Positions 20,923 through 26,069 of a stretch of DNA of 26,069 nt are shown here, in pieces. Origin of the DNA: Paraspadella gotoi (taxonomy: Eukaryota > Animalia > Chaetognatha). How positions within the stretch are numbered: position 1 is the first letter of the stretch; the number at the start of each line of letters is the position of its first letter. The notes under the pieces are model-generated. The model made no database searches, was not told the DNA's origin, and saw only the letters and a program-made list of their open reading frames with translations. The stretch is from contig JBJCIZ010000104.1 in assembly GCA_051294375.1 (NCBI GenBank), positions 1 through 26,069 on the forward strand, read 5' to 3'. Made by a program: the position numbers and the translations under genes.

Positions 20923-21895
20923 TAAGAGATGATGATTTAATATGATCTTAAATGAGATTGAATTTCTCAATCTCATTTAAATATATATATATACATATAC
21001 AAATGAGTTCCTTTTAAATTTGGATTTCAGTATTAGTTAAGTTTTTCAGTAGTTAAATATAGTATTTAGCAATGTTAATGATTATCATCAACTTTAGTAA
21101 TATTTCAACTAAGTAATTAATAATAATTATTTTTCACTTTATTAGAGTTTGACTTGCTCATTAAAGCATAGTAAAAAGTTTAAATTTAACTTAAATTAAA
21201 ATTCTAAATGTGAGGAATGAACAACGTTGTAATAATGAATATTAATGTAAAAAAAATTTTATTATAATTTTTGCAATTTATGCAGTAGGCTATATTTATA
21301 TATACTATAGTATTAACTCTATAAATGTTAAAATTTTAAAATGGTTTTTATATGATTTTTTTGCAGATTTGGATTCGTCATAATAATTCTTTCATTAAGT
21401 TGGTCAAAAATTTAAAAAACATATATTTTAAGCTGAAAATTTTTAATCTACTTAATAAAATTTTTTTTAAAAATGAGTTATATTTGCTTTTATCAACTTT
21501 TGACGAGGAAATTAAATCTGCCATCAAAATTAAGAAAAGTTCATTTTAAAATTTTAAGATTTTTTAAGGATAGTATTATATATATATATATTGGTATTAT
21601 ATTGGTTGTACCAATTTCATATATATTTATATATATACATACTGCAAAAATTAAAAAAATATCAAATTAATTTTTTAATAATTTAATGTTTAATTGTGGT
21701 ACGTTGTTTATAATTGACCATTAGAATTTCCATATGTGACTTTCACTACTCTCTATTGCTCAATATTTGGTGATTTCCTTATTCCTTCAGAAGTTGGTCG
21801 CATTGATTTTAATTAGAACATCCTAAACAGTAAATCAAAATAGTACCAAATTTTGTTCAGAAAGGTTTAATTATGTTTTCATTTCTCTACTTCAG

Positions 21896-23244
21896 GCAAG
21901 GTCCAGCACCTCCAGGAACACACGGCCGGTCAGTTTCAGGAGGTGGAATAAAAGCTTCAGGAGGGTCTCGATAAGCGGATGAATCTCCTCGAAAATGAGA
22001 TCGGGAACCACCAACGCGTCCTCATAGACCACGAAAACAATGTCGAGATAGAGGAGAGAATCGCCGCCCGCCATAACGAGAACCATCAAGGCCATCACAC
22101 CATGCTGGCCAAGATCAACGAAGGGTTGAACCTGTTGGAAGAGCAATTTTGCGAGTACTGCCGGCAGCTGGAACGCATCATGGCGGCGATCAAGCAGCGC
22201 CAGCAGAGGGACGTCTGGAGCCGCCAGCAGCTGGAGGGCGTGCAGGAGCAGGTCCGCCTCAGTGACCTCCTCTCGAACCTCAATGCAAAGGTTGCCTTGC
22301 TCACCCAGTGGCAAGAAATCACGCAGCAAGCCTTCACCATCTCCGCACGGCTCTCGGTTTCATTTGTTTTAAAACATTTCAAACACAACATTCAAAACAT
22401 TCAAAATATGCCTTAAATTTCATATTGCGTCAAAACAGTTTCTGGGAACGTATGGCAATCATTTACGAGACATGACGGACCTCCGGAGCAAATTGACGTA
22501 AACAACCGTTTGAGCGGCGAGGCGCTTCAAAGGACTTCTCCCGCTTCCAGGCATCGTTGGAGCAAGTCCAGATGGTCGCGAATAGCAGCGTCTCGGAGCA
22601 AAAGGTACTTGGATGTTTGACAAAGTTTCAGGTATTAAGGACCATTTTGTTGTTCGCAATATTCGGTAATTGATTCCTCGCTGTTTTCAGACCCCCTGAG
22701 ACAAAGAAAATCGCGGTATCTTTGCACAACTTCAAGAACATCAACAACAAGCTTCAAACAGAGACGTCAGCGCCTTGAAAGCGGAAATCAAGGCGCTGGA
22801 AGAAAAGTTGAGCAAGATCAAGGCGCAGTATTAAGAACAGTTTGAAATGCTTGGACTCTCCGCGCACGACGTTGGATCGGGTAAGTCGAAGGAGATTGCA
22901 AAGGAATTTAACGAGCTGATCCTAAAATTTTTATTCCTACCCCAGGATATTCAGCGTCGACGCGAGATCCCGCAAGCCTTTACGACGACCGTGGCGTTGG
23001 CAGCGAAAAGAGTCAGCAGCAGCAGCAGCCGCCTCTGACGCTACCCAAACCTAGGAAAAGCTTCGCAACTTCTTCGCCGGCGCCGTTCGCAACATCTTCG
23101 GCGGCGCTCTTTGCAGCGACTGTGCAACCTTGTTCGGCGGAGTCATCGGCCGCTCCACCAGTGAAAGAATCTTTATTGACGCGCCCTCCGCAGCGTTTTT
23201 GGCAGCCGCTTCTGCAGCGACTATCGCGTGAAAATTCTAAATGA
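21896..23244 (+). pseudogene. Four-exon coiled-coil protein pseudogene (exons 21896-22356, 22439-22604, 22691-22880, 22946-23244), unknown family
   Basis: GC-rich blocks separated by 82, 86 and 65 bp GT-AG introns; Q/E/L-rich heptad-like translation (e.g. VSALKAEIKALEEKLSKIKAQY); in-frame stops at 21949, 22499, 22697 and 22832 and a +1 frameshift near 22510; no start exon identified. Confidence 0.72.
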
Positions 23245-24395
23245 TATTTACACTTATATAATTTTTTTTTTAAGTTTGTTTTTGGTTGTTTTTACTAGCT
23301 TATTATATTTGTCCCACTCGTTTAATTAAGTTGAGCCGGTTGAAAATTAAAATGACGATATTTAATAATTTTAAATCATTACAGCGACTTCAATCTGACT
23401 TGATTAAATTCGTAGTTCTTTCACTGTATATCATTTTTATAACATTTATAGGTAAAAAAATTATTTGATGTTTGTTTTTTATTAATATAAAAAAATTTAA
23501 AACCTGATTGCTCTTCGTTTCCATTATATTACAAGTTTTTTCCTATCACTCCAGATTGAAGTCCCTGTATAATCCAAACTTGGAGAATAGGAGATTTACT
23601 TTTTACTGCATATTTTTAGTTGCGTCGCGAGTACTCGGTCGGTCTTTCGCTTGTCCCACTTACGTTAAAAATGCTCATAATTCGCCTATAGTTGGTTGCT
23701 AATTTGTTAGGATAGTAAAAAACTTCAAATCTAAGTGACTGCTAACATCGCCTTCAAGAAATTCTAAAACTAAACAAACGGAATTCCCATGCAGTGCGTG
23801 TTATAAATACAATTATAAAAGGAAACTTTACGATTCGACGTCCGTAACAAACCTTAGTACCACCGGTCGGTGCTTTGTTAATCCATTTAATTTTGTTTTT
23901 CCTCTAGCATCGAGTTTCACTTTGCGCAATAATATACATTTTTTTTGTTCAGTAATACAAATTTTATAATAAATAATAATTGTTTTAAATTTATTTTAAT
24001 TGCTATTTTTATGTTTGAGGTAGAAAATGAATTATTTGCTTACGTACGAGTTTTATAAACAAGTTTGAGCAAACAATGTTGGATCTGTCCACGATCATTA
24101 TCGGTAAGTAATTAATTAATAATTATTAATTAATTAGGCAATTAATTAATTAATTTGATCCCAAATGTTTGTTTTTAGGTCTTTTCGTCACTAACCTCGA
24201 CAAAAGCAATGATGACGAAGAGAATAATGCCGATATCGATTGGCTTAATTGATTGACTGATTTTTTAATTATTGATTAATTAATTGATTTGTGAAACAAA
24301 TATTTTCACAGACTTTCTCTCTCTCTCTCTCTTTTTAAACTTCGAAGACTGAAAAAATATTTTTTTTCACAAATCAATTCGTTTTTGCGCTGATG

Positions 24396-24610
24396 GTTTA
24401 CATATCCGAAATTTGTTCCTTAAGAAAACTCGTCGTATGTAAACAAACAAGGAAAGAAAAAAAAATATTATGTTATATTTTTTTAAACGGTTAGCAATTG
24501 GGTTACGGTTGGTTAGGGATTAGGGGTGGTTAGGAATTTGTTATAAAAAGTTTTTCTACCCTTACCAGTTTCTTTCTTTTTATTTTTCCGTAGCGAGATT
24601 TCTATATAAG
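24396..24610. mobile_element. Degenerate element with a 5' hairpin and GTTAGG-rich core
   Basis: GTTTACATA (24396-24404) / TATGTAAAC (24436-24444) hairpin; GGTTAG-type repeats 24489-24534; weak inverted similarity between 24419-24439 and 24589-24610. Confidence 0.35.
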
Positions 24611-26069
24611 TCGCTCATAAGAAGCGAAAAAAAAAACGACCGCAACATCCCGATTGGCAAATGTAAAAATAAGCCAATACAAATATAGTATAAAAACGTT
24701 GGTAATACCTAAATTTCTTAATCATATGATAATACGTGAAAAGAAAGTCACTGCGGTGCAACACATCGGTTGGACCAATCATGTGATCTTTTGGAAATGC
24801 AGGCAAGTGATGAAATGGTCAATGCTAAATTGCCTTTGCTTGACAATGCTTGTAATCTTTGACGGAGCGAACATGTGATCCTAAAAATCGTGTAATATAA
24901 TCTATATTCTATAAATACTTGGCAGACGGATAAAGAAACATTAGTCGCTTAAGTGGATACCTTTTTTTGCTAGACTAGACCCGTGACCACCCTTTTTTGG
25001 GATTTTCGTCACATTCCTCATGCAATAACTAAAATATTTATTAATTTATATTTGTTTTCCTATTTATCTAGACTTTTTTGAAAATCTTTATCAAACTTTC
25101 GTTTTGCCAGATTGAGTCGTAGTTAATTTATATAGAATATAAAAATTTCGGAGTTGTTTACTTGTTTGTCTTACTACTCAAAAAATATTCAAAACCGAAG
25201 ACATCCGATTTGGGATAATACTCAAGAATGATAAAACTGTGTATTAAAATACATAATAATGCTTCGGTAGTATAACCATAGATAAGAAATAAACTTGTAT
25301 GTGGGGACAGAATAATCAGCAAAATTGTATGAGCGATATGTCCATAGTTTGCCCATTAATAACAATATTTTTAAAAAAAGAATTGTACCAGGAGATAGTT
25401 TAGGGATAACGCTTTTCGATTTTGTAAAAATTATTAACTATTTTAAGGTTTTAGTAATATTTTTATTGCACTAAATAACCAATTCTGTCGGAATTTTATT
25501 CAAATATGCATAAACTAGTCTACTTGCAAGTCAGATTTCTTTCTTAAAACGAAAAACCGCAAAAAACCGCAACAGGGGGTTATGTCTCAGAAGCCATCCC
25601 AGCGATTAAATGCCTTCTGAAGCTAAATTTCGATGATCCCTAAATATCCCGGCACCTTAAAGCTGAGCTTTATGAAAATCCTGGAGGCTCATTTCATTCT
25701 AAATCACTTTGCCAACTTAATGTTACCATATTGCGACTTTCTTTAAACAAATTAATTAAAAATATTATGTCAACAGAAACCTTAGCGAAAGAGCTGTTGA
25801 TTGATATAAAAAAATATATAGTTTTTAATAAAAAATAGTCATTTCGGACGTGATATAATGTTGTGGTAACCAAACGAGCAATCAAAAATTCAATTTGCAT
25901 CGTCAAGACCTAACGAAAATAAAAATTCCGTACCAAGACAAAACATCTAAATAACGTTTAATAGAAATGGCAAAGGACTTTAAAGACAAGATATTTGTCA
26001 AAAATTAATAGAAATTGCTAAAACGATAATATGACTTCCGGACATTTTCCACGGTGTGGAAACGCTGTG

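Noticed and set aside
20481-20976. Four overlapping ORFs as independent genes
   Set aside because: All arise from a stop-free 24-bp minisatellite.

Overview
AT-rich eukaryotic genomic DNA, probably from an invertebrate (short GT-AG introns, many (CT)n microsatellites). The left ~13.5 kb looks poorly polished: it is indel-rich and includes an ~840 bp poly-A-like tract. It holds fragments of a minus-strand host gene and a ~4.7 kb tandem array of a 70-bp unit (8812-13509). The main feature is an intact, intron-containing RAG1-like/Transib-superfamily DDE recombinase gene on the + strand (exons 17358-18194, 18467-19265, 19517-20110 and probably 20485-20522; ~755 aa). It has an NBD-like GRPR motif, a D287-D394-E656 triad with RAG1-like spacing, the Zn ligands, and a C-terminal CxxC...H...C tail. 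No RAG2-like partner is recognisable. Each satellite unit reads CACTAAG-22 bp-AGAAAATTT, and the window ends in an inverted CACAGCG-12 bp-GGAAAATGT. Together these form a speculative 12/23-like pair of signals bracketing the recombinase. Also present: several inverted-repeat (MITE-like) elements, some with telomere-like GTTAGG cores; a tRNA-derived structured element; a 24-bp minisatellite; and a four-exon coiled-coil pseudogene.
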